Below, piece after piece: positions 1 through 10,568 of a DNA stretch of 64,000 bases (the first letter of the stretch is position 1; each line of letters opens with the position of its first letter). The stretch is from the IMG/VR virus record IMGVR_UViG_3300029288_000066, positions 32,001 to 96,000 of that record; one strand, written 5' to 3'. Origin of the DNA: a virus (taxonomy: Duplodnaviria; Caudoviricetes). The notes beneath the pieces were generated by a model. It was not told the origin of the DNA. It worked only from the letters and a program-made list of their open reading frames with translations, and did not search any database. A program made the translations under genes and the position numbers.

Positions 1-597
1 AAACAAGGAATAATCCAGCACCAAGGTCCCAGACAAGAAAAAACACACCCCACAAAAGCATCAGAAAAATTAAGAGATTTTATAAAAAATGAAGAAGGAT
101 TTAGATTAAAAGCATACGATATCGGTGACGGAATGATAACAGTCGGGTGGGGACATGCAGAAAAGAAAGCTCATTCCCAATTTAGAGTCGGACAAGAAGT
201 TTCAAAAGAAACTGTTGAAAGGTTATTTGAAAAAGATATGAGATGGGCAGAAAGCAACATAAATAGGATGCTGGATAAGTGGAAAAAAGAAGGAATAAAT
301 GTAGAAATCAATCAGGAAATGTATGATGCCATGGTTTCTATGGCTTATGGGATGGGGATTGGAAACTTTTTACGTTCAGACTTTATTCGCCTGGTCAAAC
401 ACAACAAAATGGAAGAAGCGCAAAAAAGAATTTTAACCACAAACGTTTCTTACAAAGGCCACATAAAAAGAAGACAAAAAGAGGCTGAGATATTTGCAAA
501 CGGTCTGGAAAAGTTAAAATCAGCCCAAAGCATTTTATTCAGACACATGCTCCGAGAAAGTATAAAGAAAATCGTAGAGAAGGAATTTAAATATTAA
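1..597 (+). CDS. GH24 (phage lysozyme-like) muramidase, 5'-partial
   Basis: Frame open from base 1; FIKNEEGFRLKAYDIGDGMITVGWGH catalytic E..D..T motif, NQEMYDAMVSMAY, and RRQKEA C-terminal motif. Confidence 0.85.
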   Translation, partial: KQGIIQHQGPRQEKTHPTKASEKLRDFIKNEEGFRLKAYDIGDGMITVGWGHAEKKAHSQFRVGQEVSKETVERLFEKDMRWAESNINRMLDKWKKEGINVEINQEMYDAMVSMAYGMGIGNFLRSDFIRLVKHNKMEEAQKRILTTNVSYKGHIKRRQKEAEIFANGLEKLKSAQSILFRHMLRESIKKIVEKEFKY

Positions 598-650
598 AAG
601 CATTGAATTTCTGTGTCCTTTTTTTTATATTTATTAAAATTCTCTATTTT

Positions 651-782
651 ATGCCAAAAAAAACAAAAAACCTTAGCGTTACAATATCATCTAATGTATA
701 TAAAAAATTAGAAGATGGGAAATATAACAAAAGCAAGCTAATAGTTAGCTTATTAGAAAAATATTTACAAAAAAACAAATAA
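651..782 (+). CDS. Small RHH-like protein A (cassette 1), 43 aa
   Basis: MPKKTKNLSVTISSNVYKKLEDGKYNKSKLIVSLLEKYLQKNK; paralogues at 22887, 33044 and 39152; TATTTATT at 628. Confidence 0.75.
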   Translation: MPKKTKNLSVTISSNVYKKLEDGKYNKSKLIVSLLEKYLQKNK

Positions 783-800
783 ATTTACGTCCACACGCCT

Positions 801-839
801 GTTTTTATTTTTTTCTACTATTTATAATAAACAATTAAA
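801..839 (+). promoter_or_regulatory. Conserved cassette box containing late-type promoter TATTTATA
   Basis: GTTTTTATTTTTTTCTACTATTTATAATAAACAATTAAA; near-identical copies at 23043, 32851 (minus strand) and 39361. Confidence 0.75.
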
Positions 840-850
840 TATTATAAATC

Positions 851-1009
851 ATGGGAAGAAAAAAAATTGCACCTGAAGTCCAGGCAAAAACCGTTAAAGT
901 TCACATTCCAATTGAACTTTATAAAAAATTAGAAGAAAAAAATATTACAAACAAATCCAAGCTGATTAATTGGTTATTGGAACAGCATTTTAATATGATA
1001 GAAAAATAA
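851..1009 (+). CDS. Small RHH-like protein B (cassette 1), 52 aa
   Basis: MGRKKIAPEVQAKTVKVHIPIELYKKLEEKNITNKSKLINWLLEQHFNMIEK; three paralogues; stop codon 2 nt before the nuclease ATG. Confidence 0.8.
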   Translation: MGRKKIAPEVQAKTVKVHIPIELYKKLEEKNITNKSKLINWLLEQHFNMIEK

Positions 1010-1011
1010 AT

Positions 1012-1677
1012 ATGAAAATAGCAGAAGAAAAAAAAGTGGATAAAAAATCTTTAAAAAAAGCTTATGATAAAGCTCGATATAATGCGAATAAAGAATTTTA
1101 TAAAGAATATAGAAAATCTCATAAAAAAGAAATAAAAAAATATTCTGATAGCCACAAAGAACAATTAAAAGAATATAATAAAAAATATCACAAAGCCAAC
1201 AAAAATGAAATAAATCAGCGAAAACGAGCACATCATTTAACACACAAAAAAAACAAAAGTGAGTATGACAAAATTTATCGAAAAAACAATCTTTCTAAAA
1301 TTAATAGGCGCAGCAGGAAGTGGTTTAATGCTAAGTATAAAACAAATGAGTTGTTTAAATTAAAGTGTAATATTAGAAATTTGATTATATCTTCAATTAA
1401 CAATAAGTATGGAAAAAAGACTAAAAGAACAGAACAAATTCTTGGATGTTCTTTCTCTGAGTTTAAGTTGCATTTGGAGTCTAAATTCGAACATTGGATG
1501 TCCTGGGAAAATCACGGCAAATATAACGGAGAATTTAATTTTGGATGGGACATTGACCACATCGTACCTATTTCCACGGCTAAAACCCTAGACGATGTAT
1601 TGATACTTAGTCATTATACCAATTTTCAACCATTAGATAGTAAAATTAATAGATTTATCAAAAAAAATAATGTATAA
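1012..1677 (+). CDS. HNH-type homing endonuclease
   Basis: Lys/Tyr-rich N-terminus; TEQILGCS..F..HLES.F..WMSWEN.G....WDIDHIVP...HYTNFQPL; paralogues at 36254 and 52374. Confidence 0.75.
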   Translation: MKIAEEKKVDKKSLKKAYDKARYNANKEFYKEYRKSHKKEIKKYSDSHKEQLKEYNKKYHKANKNEINQRKRAHHLTHKKNKSEYDKIYRKNNLSKINRRSRKWFNAKYKTNELFKLKCNIRNLIISSINNKYGKKTKRTEQILGCSFSEFKLHLESKFEHWMSWENHGKYNGEFNFGWDIDHIVPISTAKTLDDVLILSHYTNFQPLDSKINRFIKKNNV

Positions 1678-1684
1678 TTAATTG

Positions 1685-2407
1685 TTAGGACATTGGCAAA
1701 TCAAATGTCTCAATAATTGTTCCAGTAAATATATCTCCCCAAATTGGAATTGCCTTCTTTATAATTGGTACCACAACATTCATCATATCACTATAACTTA
1801 TACCAAGGCATCCTTCGCTCCATGGAAGTCTTCCAGGGGCATTAACACTCAAAGGTTCTGCCATTATATGCCAATTGGTACCATATATTTTGTTATCTTG
1901 TTCATTAACTTCATCAACAACATTATCTTTAGTATTGTCACGCCAATAATTAATTCCCCTTACTTGTTGAAAATAAGGGTATCCCCACGGCAATTTTCCG
2001 CTCCCATTGCCCATGGTAAATTTCCAAGAGCTACGGTATTGGTCGGCTTTAATGACTGCTTCTCCTCCAGGAAGAGGATTTAGTGCACCCCCTTGCCCAT
2101 ACAAGCTTGCTTTTGTTGTAGCTTTTAACGAAATTAATTGCTCGGCTCCATTCTCATCACGATAAGCAATGTAAAGAAAATCAGTGAACATATTTGTAAA
2201 GATGTTTGATGTTCTTTCCCAAACAAAATTGAGATTGTACGACCCAGAATCGAAAAAAATAAAATTATTTTTTTCCACTATTGTTTTTAATGTTTGATAA
2301 TCCATAACTATATTAGGTTTAATTGGTTCTACTACTTCTGCTTTTTTGGGAGTTACGTTAATTTTTTTTGCATCTTCTGCCGCCTTGTCTAATGTTTTTT
2401 CGTCCAT
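1685..2407 (-). CDS. Putative YkuD/L,D-transpeptidase-like cell-wall enzyme
   Basis: GTNWH...WSEGC (His...SxGC) motif; likely start MDEKT after TATTTATT at 2427-2434. Confidence 0.45.
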   Translation of the reverse strand: MDEKTLDKAAEDAKKINVTPKKAEVVEPIKPNIVMDYQTLKTIVEKNNFIFFDSGSYNLNFVWERTSNIFTNMFTDFLYIAYRDENGAEQLISLKATTKASLYGQGGALNPLPGGEAVIKADQYRSSWKFTMGNGSGKLPWGYPYFQQVRGINYWRDNTKDNVVDEVNEQDNKIYGTNWHIMAEPLSVNAPGRLPWSEGCLGISYSDMMNVVVPIIKKAIPIWGDIFTGTIIETFDLPMS

Positions 2408-2463
2408 TTTTCTTAATATTTGTATCAATAAATAGGACATAAAAATATTTTTTATAATTCAAA

Positions 2464-2990
2464 ATGCTTGATGAAAGGAAAGGTAAAACTTTTGAGGAAA
2501 TTTATGGAGAGGAAAAGGCCAAGAAATTAAAGAAACTGGGGAGTTTTCGGGCTTCTGGCGAGAAAAACCCAATGTATGGTAAAAAAATGTCAGAAGAAAC
2601 TAAATTAAAAATTTCTAATGCAAACTCTGGTGAAAAAACGAAAATTACGGAAAAATTGTCAAAAGAACATCTTCAAAAATTAATTGATTTTAATACAAAT
2701 AGAGTTGTGTCAAAAGAAACTAGACAAAAACTGAGAGATATAGCCCAAAATAGAAAATTTTCAAAAGAGACAAAATGTCAATCAATTCTTCAAAGGAAAG
2801 TAATGGTGATTTTAAAGGTGTAGTATATCAGTATGATAAAAAATGTAACTTAATAAAAACGTGGAAAGCACTTTACGAAATTGAAGGCGTATATGGCAAA
2901 AAATATTGCAATATATGCAGTTGTATAAATGGAAAAATAAAAAGTGCTTATGGATATGTTTGGACAAGAAACAAAATGAGCCAAGTGTAA
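2464..2990 (+). pseudogene. NUMOD3/NUMOD1 DNA-binding module of a homing endonuclease; frameshifted, no nuclease domain seen
   Basis: GEKNPMYGKKMSEETKLKIS and SKETRQKL repeats, then VYQYDKKCNLIKTW...KSAYGYVW in the next frame; break at an A-run near 2772. Confidence 0.6.
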
Positions 2991-3012
2991 TTGACTCATT
3001 TTAATATGTTTA

Positions 3013-3780
3013 TCACAATTCTGATAAAAGCAACATTTCATCTGACCAAGCCCCAAGAATCTGCCAATAGAATCCAAATGGAGACTGCACTAGGAGAATG
3101 GGGTCTCTCTTCTCGTATGCTTTTTTGAAGTCGTTTTCTTCTGCAATAACATAAAAGACTGGTTTTTTATTACAAAGAGCTTCCATCTTTTTTGTATAAT
3201 CTTTCATCACCTTAATTGCTTCATCTGGAAATTCAGGAACGAAAATATCGGACGTTTTCATAACAAGTTCATATTTTTCCAAAATAACATCAATCTTTTC
3301 TTCCGTTGTGTTTGGAAATTTATCGAAAAACAGCTTGTTTTCTTTGTATTTTTTTCTATTTTCCAATCTTTCAATTAAAGCCTGTACTTCTCTTTTTGCA
3401 TAATACTGAACAATTAATTTTTCCTTGTCTTTTAGTATTTCAACCTTTTCATCAATCAAGGCTAAGGAGAATGGTGTCGGCACCGTTTCCAGTTCCTTAA
3501 GTACATCAACTGGTTTTATTTTTATTTTCTTGGGTGGTTCATATCCACCACCGCCACCAACATCACCATCCATCATAATATTCCTGCCAGAATATCCATT
3601 ATATTGGCTTGAGTAGTTTTTAAAGTCAAAAAGATAATTATCATCCAACTTATTGCTGCCTGGAGCACTATCTATTCTCGAATTATATTCGTCTACTAGT
3701 TTTTTATTCTTTCTACTGAAAACTCTTTTGAACTTTTTGAAGAAGCCGTCTTTTGGGTCTGTTAATTCTATTTGTAACAT
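3013..3780 (-). CDS. Conserved phage hypothetical protein (DPIL family, paralogue of 59716-60666)
   Basis: KRDPILLVQSPFGFYWQILGAW resembles KAKDPILFGLI...YYVGDW. Confidence 0.6.
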   Translation of the reverse strand: MLQIELTDPKDGFFKKFKRVFSRKNKKLVDEYNSRIDSAPGSNKLDDNYLFDFKNYSSQYNGYSGRNIMMDGDVGGGGGYEPPKKIKIKPVDVLKELETVPTPFSLALIDEKVEILKDKEKLIVQYYAKREVQALIERLENRKKYKENKLFFDKFPNTTEEKIDVILEKYELVMKTSDIFVPEFPDEAIKVMKDYTKKMEALCNKKPVFYVIAEENDFKKAYEKRDPILLVQSPFGFYWQILGAWSDEMLLLSEL

Positions 3781-3790
3781 GATTTTTATT

Positions 3791-4111
3791 TTAATTTGTT
3801 TCTAAAGTTTTAATTCTTTTAACCACTAATCCCCATGTATCTTCCAGTCCGCATGCACCATACATGTCAAACCACTGAAAAAGACCATAACAATAATATC
3901 CTTTTTCAAATGGCATTAGGGCTTCCACCACTGGAATAAGAGCGCTCCAAGATTCGTGGAATTTAAATGTTGTATCTAATTCAATTGCGCCTTTTAATCT
4001 CCACACTCTTCCTTTATCGGGGAAAGAGTTATCAATCTTCCATCCCATAAATTTTGCTATGGCAACATTTCCTAATACAATATTGGGTTCTTCATATTCA
4101 ATTTCTTCCAT
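3791..4111 (-). CDS. Hypothetical protein
   Basis: ORF in tightly packed minus-strand operon; N..IAKFMGW...FHESWSALIPVVE. Confidence 0.6.
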   Translation of the reverse strand: MEEIEYEEPNIVLGNVAIAKFMGWKIDNSFPDKGRVWRLKGAIELDTTFKFHESWSALIPVVEALMPFEKGYYCYGLFQWFDMYGACGLEDTWGLVVKRIKTLETN

Positions 4112-4114
4112 GGC

Positions 4115-4465
4115 TTACTTTACAAGTGAATTTATAGCTTTTTTAATTATTACATTCATTTCTGCTTCTTTTTTTTTAATTGTTCTATGTGCCGAAATGA
4201 GAAATCTAATTTCCATTGCATCAGCATTTAATTCGACTTCTTTGCAGCTATCTATATGTTTACTGACCTCAATTTCTAGAACATGTTTTTTAACTTCATC
4301 CAACAACTCTGGGGACAAACACACGCCATACTTTGTGCTTTTAAAGCTTTCTTCTGATTTGTATAAAATAACATTCATCTCAGGAATGTAGAAAATTTTA
4401 TCCGACACCACTTCTGTGGGGTGAACTCCAAATTGTACAAATCTTTTACAAAAAAACGCTTTCAT
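4115..4465 (-). CDS. Hypothetical protein
   Basis: Likely start MKAFF just after the AAA ATPase stop. Confidence 0.5.
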   Translation of the reverse strand: MKAFFCKRFVQFGVHPTEVVSDKIFYIPEMNVILYKSEESFKSTKYGVCLSPELLDEVKKHVLEIEVSKHIDSCKEVELNADAMEIRFLISAHRTIKKKEAEMNVIIKKAINSLVK

Positions 4466-4469
4466 GCTT

Positions 4470-5960
4470 TTAATCTCTAATAACAACTTCTTCTTGTGTG
4501 TCGTAGTCTGGCGGACATTCTCTTTGATAGTCATTCCCTATTATTTCACGTGATTCATCCACTTCATTTTCAAACCCAATTCTTCTTTCTGCGCCAGCGT
4601 TATTCAACCTATCATTAATTTTTTGTTGTGCTTTTATTTTGTCAAGTATTTTTATTTCGGCATCAATTTCATCCAATAACCAATTAACAGTAATGTCAAA
4701 ATTTCTATTCCCACTTTTTATAATCATATCTTGCTTCAGCTTCATCATAGATATACTGTTATATATATGAGCTCCAGTAACCTGACTAGAATGAAACTTG
4801 TTAATTATTTTTGGATTAATAAAGACTTCTACATCTTTTTTCTCAGTTAAGTTGAATTTGTATTTTAATGATTTCAAAATTATTTTCAAAATATTATCTT
4901 TTGATAGCTCATCAAATATCATCACTTTATCGAAACGTCCTGGTCTTTGTGCCGCCAAATCTAAAAGAAACGCAGAGTTTGTTGTTGCAAGGATTCCAAC
5001 ATCTTTTGGAAGCTTGTCTGTGCCGTCTAGTATATCAAGAAAGGTTTGTAACATTTCTGAATATCCGCCGCTATTCCTTGAGCCCAGAGATAAATCCAAA
5101 TCGTCCAATATGAGCAACGAAGGTTTAAGTAAAACAGCAAGGTTTACTTTTTCATTTAAATATCTACATATTGGTGTTTTAATAATGGTCACTCCCCTAT
5201 TCTTGAGCTCATTCATAAGAGTTAAACACGACTCTGTTTTTCCAGTTCCAGGCACCCCAACCAAGAGAAATCTTAGCAATTCTTTGTTGTTGGAGAAAAC
5301 ATTAATAAACATTTTAAGGTCTTCCATTTGAGGATTGGGAAGATAAATATCGTTCATTGTTCTCTTCTCAAGCTCTCTTATTTCCCATTGAAAAACATTT
5401 GGCACCATCGTTATGTATGAACCAGCCAATTCACTTTCTCTTAATGCTCGCTGAAATAGTTCTTTATAAACATATGTGTTTTTGTAATATGTTTTTTCGG
5501 AAGAGGTAAGGGAAATTTCATAAAAAATCTCTCCATTGCTTTTATAAATGGAAAATCCCATTTTTATTGTCAGTCCAAGAAATTTAAACCACACCTCCTT
5601 GGTTCCCAAATAACCATATAAAGAAATAGTATCTACAAATTTTTCATTGACCAATCCAATCATTTCAACCTCATCATTTTCTTGTTTTTTCTTTTCCTGA
5701 TAAATGATGTTAAAATAATCTGAAAATATTTTGAACACGGCCATGTTGAAGTGTTCTGTAAAATTCAATCTATCCTTATACTTGTTCTTTTTTAAGTCCA
5801 CGGAAGATTTTGACTTTTCTTCTTTTTCTTTCTCTGCAGCACTAGTTTTTTCTAAATACGTGTCTACAATTGATTTGTTCCTCGCTTTGTTTGAGCCTTT
5901 CATTCTGTCTTTTTTTTGGAATCCCCTTGATTCAAGGAAATTGATTAGTTCATCTGACAT
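4470..5960 (-). CDS. AAA+ ATPase
   Basis: Walker A GVPGTGKT, Walker B LLILDDLD, ATTN sensor, QRPGRFD arginine finger. Confidence 0.9.
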   Translation of the reverse strand: MSDELINFLESRGFQKKDRMKGSNKARNKSIVDTYLEKTSAAEKEKEEKSKSSVDLKKNKYKDRLNFTEHFNMAVFKIFSDYFNIIYQEKKKQENDEVEMIGLVNEKFVDTISLYGYLGTKEVWFKFLGLTIKMGFSIYKSNGEIFYEISLTSSEKTYYKNTYVYKELFQRALRESELAGSYITMVPNVFQWEIRELEKRTMNDIYLPNPQMEDLKMFINVFSNNKELLRFLLVGVPGTGKTESCLTLMNELKNRGVTIIKTPICRYLNEKVNLAVLLKPSLLILDDLDLSLGSRNSGGYSEMLQTFLDILDGTDKLPKDVGILATTNSAFLLDLAAQRPGRFDKVMIFDELSKDNILKIILKSLKYKFNLTEKKDVEVFINPKIINKFHSSQVTGAHIYNSISMMKLKQDMIIKSGNRNFDITVNWLLDEIDAEIKILDKIKAQQKINDRLNNAGAERRIGFENEVDESREIIGNDYQRECPPDYDTQEEVVIRD

Positions 5961-5963
5961 TCT

Positions 5964-6329
5964 TTATAAAACCAGGTTTTCTTCATTTACAACTATATTC
6001 TGTTTTTCGTCTGGGTTATTGATATACTTCTTATATTCTTTAATCTTTTTAAAGAACATTTTATCTATAAGTCTGTCGTTGGTGAACAAAAGAACACATC
6101 CTTCTCCTTTGTTCCAATATCCAAGCATTGCAAAAGACATTCCTATTTTGGTATCTCTTTTTACATCTTTAATTTCTTTATAAAATTTAAAATGATACTT
6201 TGGATAGTTTTTTACAATTCTTTGAAATGATTCTCCTTCCTTAACGTCTTTGGGGAAGGGGTTTGTTGGGTTTCCTGCTGGAAACAAATTCAACGTCGAG
6301 ATTAAAAACAAAAAGATAATTACTTTCAT
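5964..6329 (-). CDS. Secreted hypothetical protein
   Basis: N-terminal signal-like MKVIIFLFLISTLNLFPA. Confidence 0.5.
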   Translation of the reverse strand: MKVIIFLFLISTLNLFPAGNPTNPFPKDVKEGESFQRIVKNYPKYHFKFYKEIKDVKRDTKIGMSFAMLGYWNKGEGCVLLFTNDRLIDKMFFKKIKEYKKYINNPDEKQNIVVNEENLVL

Positions 6330-6413
6330 GATTTATGGTTTTTTGATTTATGTGACAAAGAAACGAAAAAAAAATGACAATTCATAATAAAAAATACGTT
6401 TTTTTATTTATGA

Positions 6414-6998
6414 CTAAAACAAACATAATTGAACTGGCTTTGCCAATGCTTTTTTTAACTTAGCATGTAGTTTCTCAAGAAATATATCCTCTGGGTGTGC
6501 ATCATGTATAATAAATCTCCATGGTTCAGATTGGGGAAATATGTCTTTAAACAAACATTCCAATTTTTCCCTTTCTCCCCTATCTTGAATTAAGTAAAAA
6601 TTCAATTCAGTGTAAAAGTCCTGCACTCTTCTTATAAATTCATTTTCTTCAACTATCCCTGACTGGAACTCCCTTAATGCCTCTCTAAAATGTTTTTGAA
6701 ACTCCATGTGCTCGTACCATTGGAGTTCACCCTGAAGGCTTTCTTTTATATCTGCCCTTAACCTTGCAAATGTTTTTCGAACATTCATTTTTCCTTTTGT
6801 TCGATGACTGAGTTTTCCAACAAAATAATCACTACCAATCCTTTGAATAAATTGCTTTAGTGTGGTGCTTTCTCCCATTGCACCCCAATAGTAGGAAAAA
6901 TCATAACCACATTCATCGTTTGATATAATTATTTTTCCTTTTCCATCTCCGAATTCATCCAAGATGACATCTGTATGACCTATTCTAATATGTTCCAT
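6414..6998 (-). CDS. Hypothetical protein
   Basis: 194-aa ORF in operon; YDFSYYWGAMG motif. Confidence 0.6.
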   Translation of the reverse strand: MEHIRIGHTDVILDEFGDGKGKIIISNDECGYDFSYYWGAMGESTTLKQFIQRIGSDYFVGKLSHRTKGKMNVRKTFARLRADIKESLQGELQWYEHMEFQKHFREALREFQSGIVEENEFIRRVQDFYTELNFYLIQDRGEREKLECLFKDIFPQSEPWRFIIHDAHPEDIFLEKLHAKLKKALAKPVQLCLF

Positions 6999-7580
6999 TG
7001 TTTATTTTTTTGTTTCTTTATAATCTTCAAGAGGACATTTCTTTGGAATCCCAGGGTCTTTATCATGCCACTCATGATACCCATCAATCACAAGCCCTTT
7101 TTTCTTTTTACAAGACCATTCTTCTGGACGACAAAAAGAATCGGGACATGGTACTGGTTTTGTTTCGAAATACTCACACTTTGTGCACGATGTAAGAACA
7201 CAAACTTTTTTTACTTGTTTTACTTGTTTTGTCATAACTCTAGAGGTTCTTTAAATTGATTTTCGAATATTCTTTTTACATGTTCTTTCGCCACTTTCAA
7301 TATAGCTATGCGTAATAATGTGAGGCTTCATTGGTTTAAATATTTTTCTCTTTTTTTCTCTGACAAACTTGCCAGCCATTGCTGTCTAAGTTTCATACAA
7401 TTGTGCCTGTTCCCTTTGCACTTCAATTTTCCATCTTTTCGTTTTACCCACTTAATCCATTCGCTCCAACCTGCCTGCCCCTCATCGTGACACCATTCTC
7501 CTCCATCATTTGCGTCAAAGTTCACACAATCATAGTCTCCGCCATAATTGTTTTGTTTTTTATCTGGGTCTTTCCTTGGC

Positions 7581-8069
7581 TTATTTTTTCTCATTTTTCT
7601 CAGAAGGTGCCCAACCTAATTCTTTTACAGTGTTTTTAAAAATATTACAAAGCTGGTCTGAAATTTTAAACCGCTCTTTATTTAGCTTTATGCTTTCCTC
7701 CATATTTCCGTTTTCATGTCTTTCTGTGGCAGCCTTCCAGTCAACAAAAAGCTCAACAATATCCAACAAACTCATTCCATCAATTCCATCTTTATAAAAT
7801 TCTGGATGGTGAGAGTTGTTTTTGTAATGATGGTCTAATGCAACCTGCAATTTTTTGAGAGAGTCTTTATAGTCATCAGACCCATAAGTCAACGTTTTCA
7901 GCAAAGGTGTGTATTTGTCAAAATGCTCTTTTTCTGGGTCTTCCAGCTTTGAGTCGTCGTGCTTTACAGCTCTTCTTATTAATTCACCACACACGTCGGC
8001 CATCAATTGACCAACCCTTTTTTTGTGTTCACCAGTATCTTTTCTACTGTCGTATTTTTTTTCTTCCAT
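7581..8069 (-). CDS. HD-like phage protein (DUF5662-like)
   Basis: RAVKHDDSKL...HHYKNNSHHPEFY..GIDGMSLLDIVELFVDWKAA. Confidence 0.7.
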   Translation of the reverse strand: MEEKKYDSRKDTGEHKKRVGQLMADVCGELIRRAVKHDDSKLEDPEKEHFDKYTPLLKTLTYGSDDYKDSLKKLQVALDHHYKNNSHHPEFYKDGIDGMSLLDIVELFVDWKAATERHENGNMEESIKLNKERFKISDQLCNIFKNTVKELGWAPSEKNEKK

Positions 8070-8670
8070 ATTATTTTTTTTGTTTAAATTTCTCTGGCAA
8101 ATATTTATCTACAAATAAATTAAATATTTTTTTACAAAACTTATCTCCCATAAATTCTGAGTCTAACTCAAACTCTCCATCAACCTTGTGGAATGTAAGT
8201 TCTCCAAACCCAACTTTTTTATCACTCCAGAGAATTTTAAATCCTCTGCCTCCTTTAAAAATTCTTACTTCGTCTATTTGCATATCATTGTTTTTTAAAA
8301 AATAAAGTTACAAAAAATAAATTTAATATACAAGTTAATGTTTTTACTTTCTTTTTATTTGCTCTATTCTTTTTTTTATAATTTCTTCAAAACTCATGTT
8401 TTTACCAATATATAAAGCAAAAAACCAGTCCAGAGAATCTGCACTTGATACTCTGCTTATCATTTTCCTTCCTTCTTCTTTATTAAAATAAGAAGCATAC
8501 GCCACAAGATTCCCACCTTTATAAAAAACAACTCTCATATAATCATAAAAATCATTATTGATTCTTACCAGTATTCCGCCATGAGGAAAAGAGTTTTTTG
8601 CTGGCGCAAACCCCTCATCCTTGGCTTTTAACATGATTCTTTCCATTTTTATCTCATCAACTCTTTGCAT

Positions 8671-9528
8671 TTATTTCTGTTTTAATGCAATCTTTGACAT
8701 CAAACAACTATTGTTGTGTTGACAATATCTTGTCTCATAACTATAATAACGCTGATATTTTTGATTTGCTATGTCATAGGGGCATTGGATAATCTTTCCG
8801 CCAATGAAATAGTTTGCAAACTTACATTTGTTTCCGCACTGATTAATTGTACTTTCAAACACCCCACGCTTGCTAACATGTATCTCCATCTCTCCACTAT
8901 AAGAATTCAAGAAATCATGCACCAGTTTTTTATATTCCAACACAGGCATTGTTAAATCAGTGTCTTCAAAGAACTCTTGTGAAGGATTATCAAGTTCTCT
9001 AAGGCTGGATATGAAAAATACTTTACAAAAATAAACAATTTCTAAATAATCAGCAGTCTTTAGAAGTTCTTTAACGGTTGAGTTTTTTGACACCATAAAA
9101 CAAACATCAAAAGGAATGTCAGCTGTTTTTGGCAAGTCATTAAGGCTTTTTGTTTTTCCAGTTTCGCAATAAATAGAGACCCTTATCTTAGCCCCTTGTA
9201 AATCGGCTTTAGAAAAATTTCCCAAGAAATATCCGTTTGTATAGATGGTCGTTTTAAGACCAAACCAATTGTTAAATTGAATCATTTCTTTAATGTCTGG
9301 ATGCAGCAATGGCTCTCCACCAATTAAAGTAATTCTTTGCACACCCCTATTTGCAGCATCTTTTATGGCGCTTTTATATTCATCAAGTTCCATGTGTTTT
9401 TTCTCGCCCATAATTCCTCTAACAAAGCAACCTGTACAATTTAGATTGCAATGAGTAGTAATAAACATTTGAAGCGTGTTTATTCTCCTAACTGGCAATT
9501 CTTCATATTTTTCCCAAGGGAATTTCAT
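8671..9528 (-). CDS. Radical SAM protein
   Basis: CNLNCTGC, GGEPLLHP, YTNG, C-terminal Cys cluster. Confidence 0.85.
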   Translation of the reverse strand: MKFPWEKYEELPVRRINTLQMFITTHCNLNCTGCFVRGIMGEKKHMELDEYKSAIKDAANRGVQRITLIGGEPLLHPDIKEMIQFNNWFGLKTTIYTNGYFLGNFSKADLQGAKIRVSIYCETGKTKSLNDLPKTADIPFDVCFMVSKNSTVKELLKTADYLEIVYFCKVFFISSLRELDNPSQEFFEDTDLTMPVLEYKKLVHDFLNSYSGEMEIHVSKRGVFESTINQCGNKCKFANYFIGGKIIQCPYDIANQKYQRYYSYETRYCQHNNSCLMSKIALKQK

Positions 9529-9853
9529 TATATTATCTCCTCTATTAATTTCACACCATCTGTTTTAATCCTATATGAGTTTTATATAGAACATTTTTTA
9601 TTAACACCTTGAAAATCCTTGTCGGCTCCTGATGTTTATCAAACATATATTTTTTTAATTTCCTGGCATTATAAATCTTTGATACAACCCAAATGCCACC
9701 GCAGTCATTGTTTGAATTGTCAATTCTGTTATTTGGTTCATGTTTCCATGAATTAAGTTTAAATTGCATTATGTTTGGGTTTTTTCTTAGTCCCAAAGAC
9801 TGACAGCTTTCGGTAACGACTTTAAAATATACGTCAGGATTATCCTTAAACAT
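9528..9853 (-). CDS. Hypothetical protein, probable 1-nt frameshift near 9580
   Basis: Adding one A gives ...YKNSYRIKTDGVKLIEEII* ending in a TAATG overlap with the radical SAM start. Confidence 0.5.
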
Positions 9854-10568
9854 ATTTTTTAGCTATTTCACAACACTGAACAACCTTTTCCAAATCAAAC
9901 TCGTTATTGGTTCTCACACCACTTTCCATATCAATCCAAATTTCATTGTCACCAACTACTGCTTCTATTTCCTGAAGCTTCCGCTCTAAGTTTTCTGGAC
10001 TTAATCCGCCTGCATAGCCACAAAAAATGTTTGGAATTAATTGGGGAATTTCAGCAATTTCACTGCCATTTCCGCCTGAGCAATCGAACAGAATGTTAAT
10101 TTTCTTACTTCTTTGAATATATGGAACAATAGCATTTATAAATGATGCATTGTTCTCGTTTTGCTGCAGTATAAAAGAAGTAAAACTTGTTTTTTTGATG
10201 AATCCAAATAAATTAACCAAATCTATATCACAAATTTTAGCATTAAAGTTAAGCTGAACCCTATCAGACACACTCAACATACGAGAAAGAATAGGGTGGT
10301 CAGACCATTCTCTAATTCCACCATCTGCAATAATTTGCCTGCAAATCTCTCCGCATATATGCGCTGCATTTCCTCCGCCACGCAAATGAACAGAAGGACA
10401 TGTTAATTTTTCAATCGTTTTGGCAGACGGATACCGCTGAGTCCCCATTTTTGTTTTAGAAATAAGAAATCCCCACTCGACAAATGGATATTTATTAGAA
10501 ATCTTTTCTAATTCCGACAGGTCTGTTTTATCATCAGCACCAGTAAATGTTACAGTTTTTAGTTTCAT
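9846..10568 (-). CDS. TrpF/PRAI-like TIM-barrel protein
   Basis: LFDCSGGNG, GYAGGLSPEN, WIDMESGVRT. Confidence 0.75.
   Translation of the reverse strand: MKLKTVTFTGADDKTDLSELEKISNKYPFVEWGFLISKTKMGTQRYPSAKTIEKLTCPSVHLRGGGNAAHICGEICRQIIADGGIREWSDHPILSRMLSVSDRVQLNFNAKICDIDLVNLFGFIKKTSFTSFILQQNENNASFINAIVPYIQRSKKINILFDCSGGNGSEIAEIPQLIPNIFCGYAGGLSPENLERKLQEIEAVVGDNEIWIDMESGVRTNNEFDLEKVVQCCEIAKKYV

Noticed and set aside
651-1677. RHH cassettes as IS elements or classical type II toxin-antitoxin loci
   Set aside because: No transposase, terminal inverted repeats or target duplications were found by eye. The cargo genes are homing-endonuclease types rather than known toxin folds, although an antitoxin-like role for B is not excluded.
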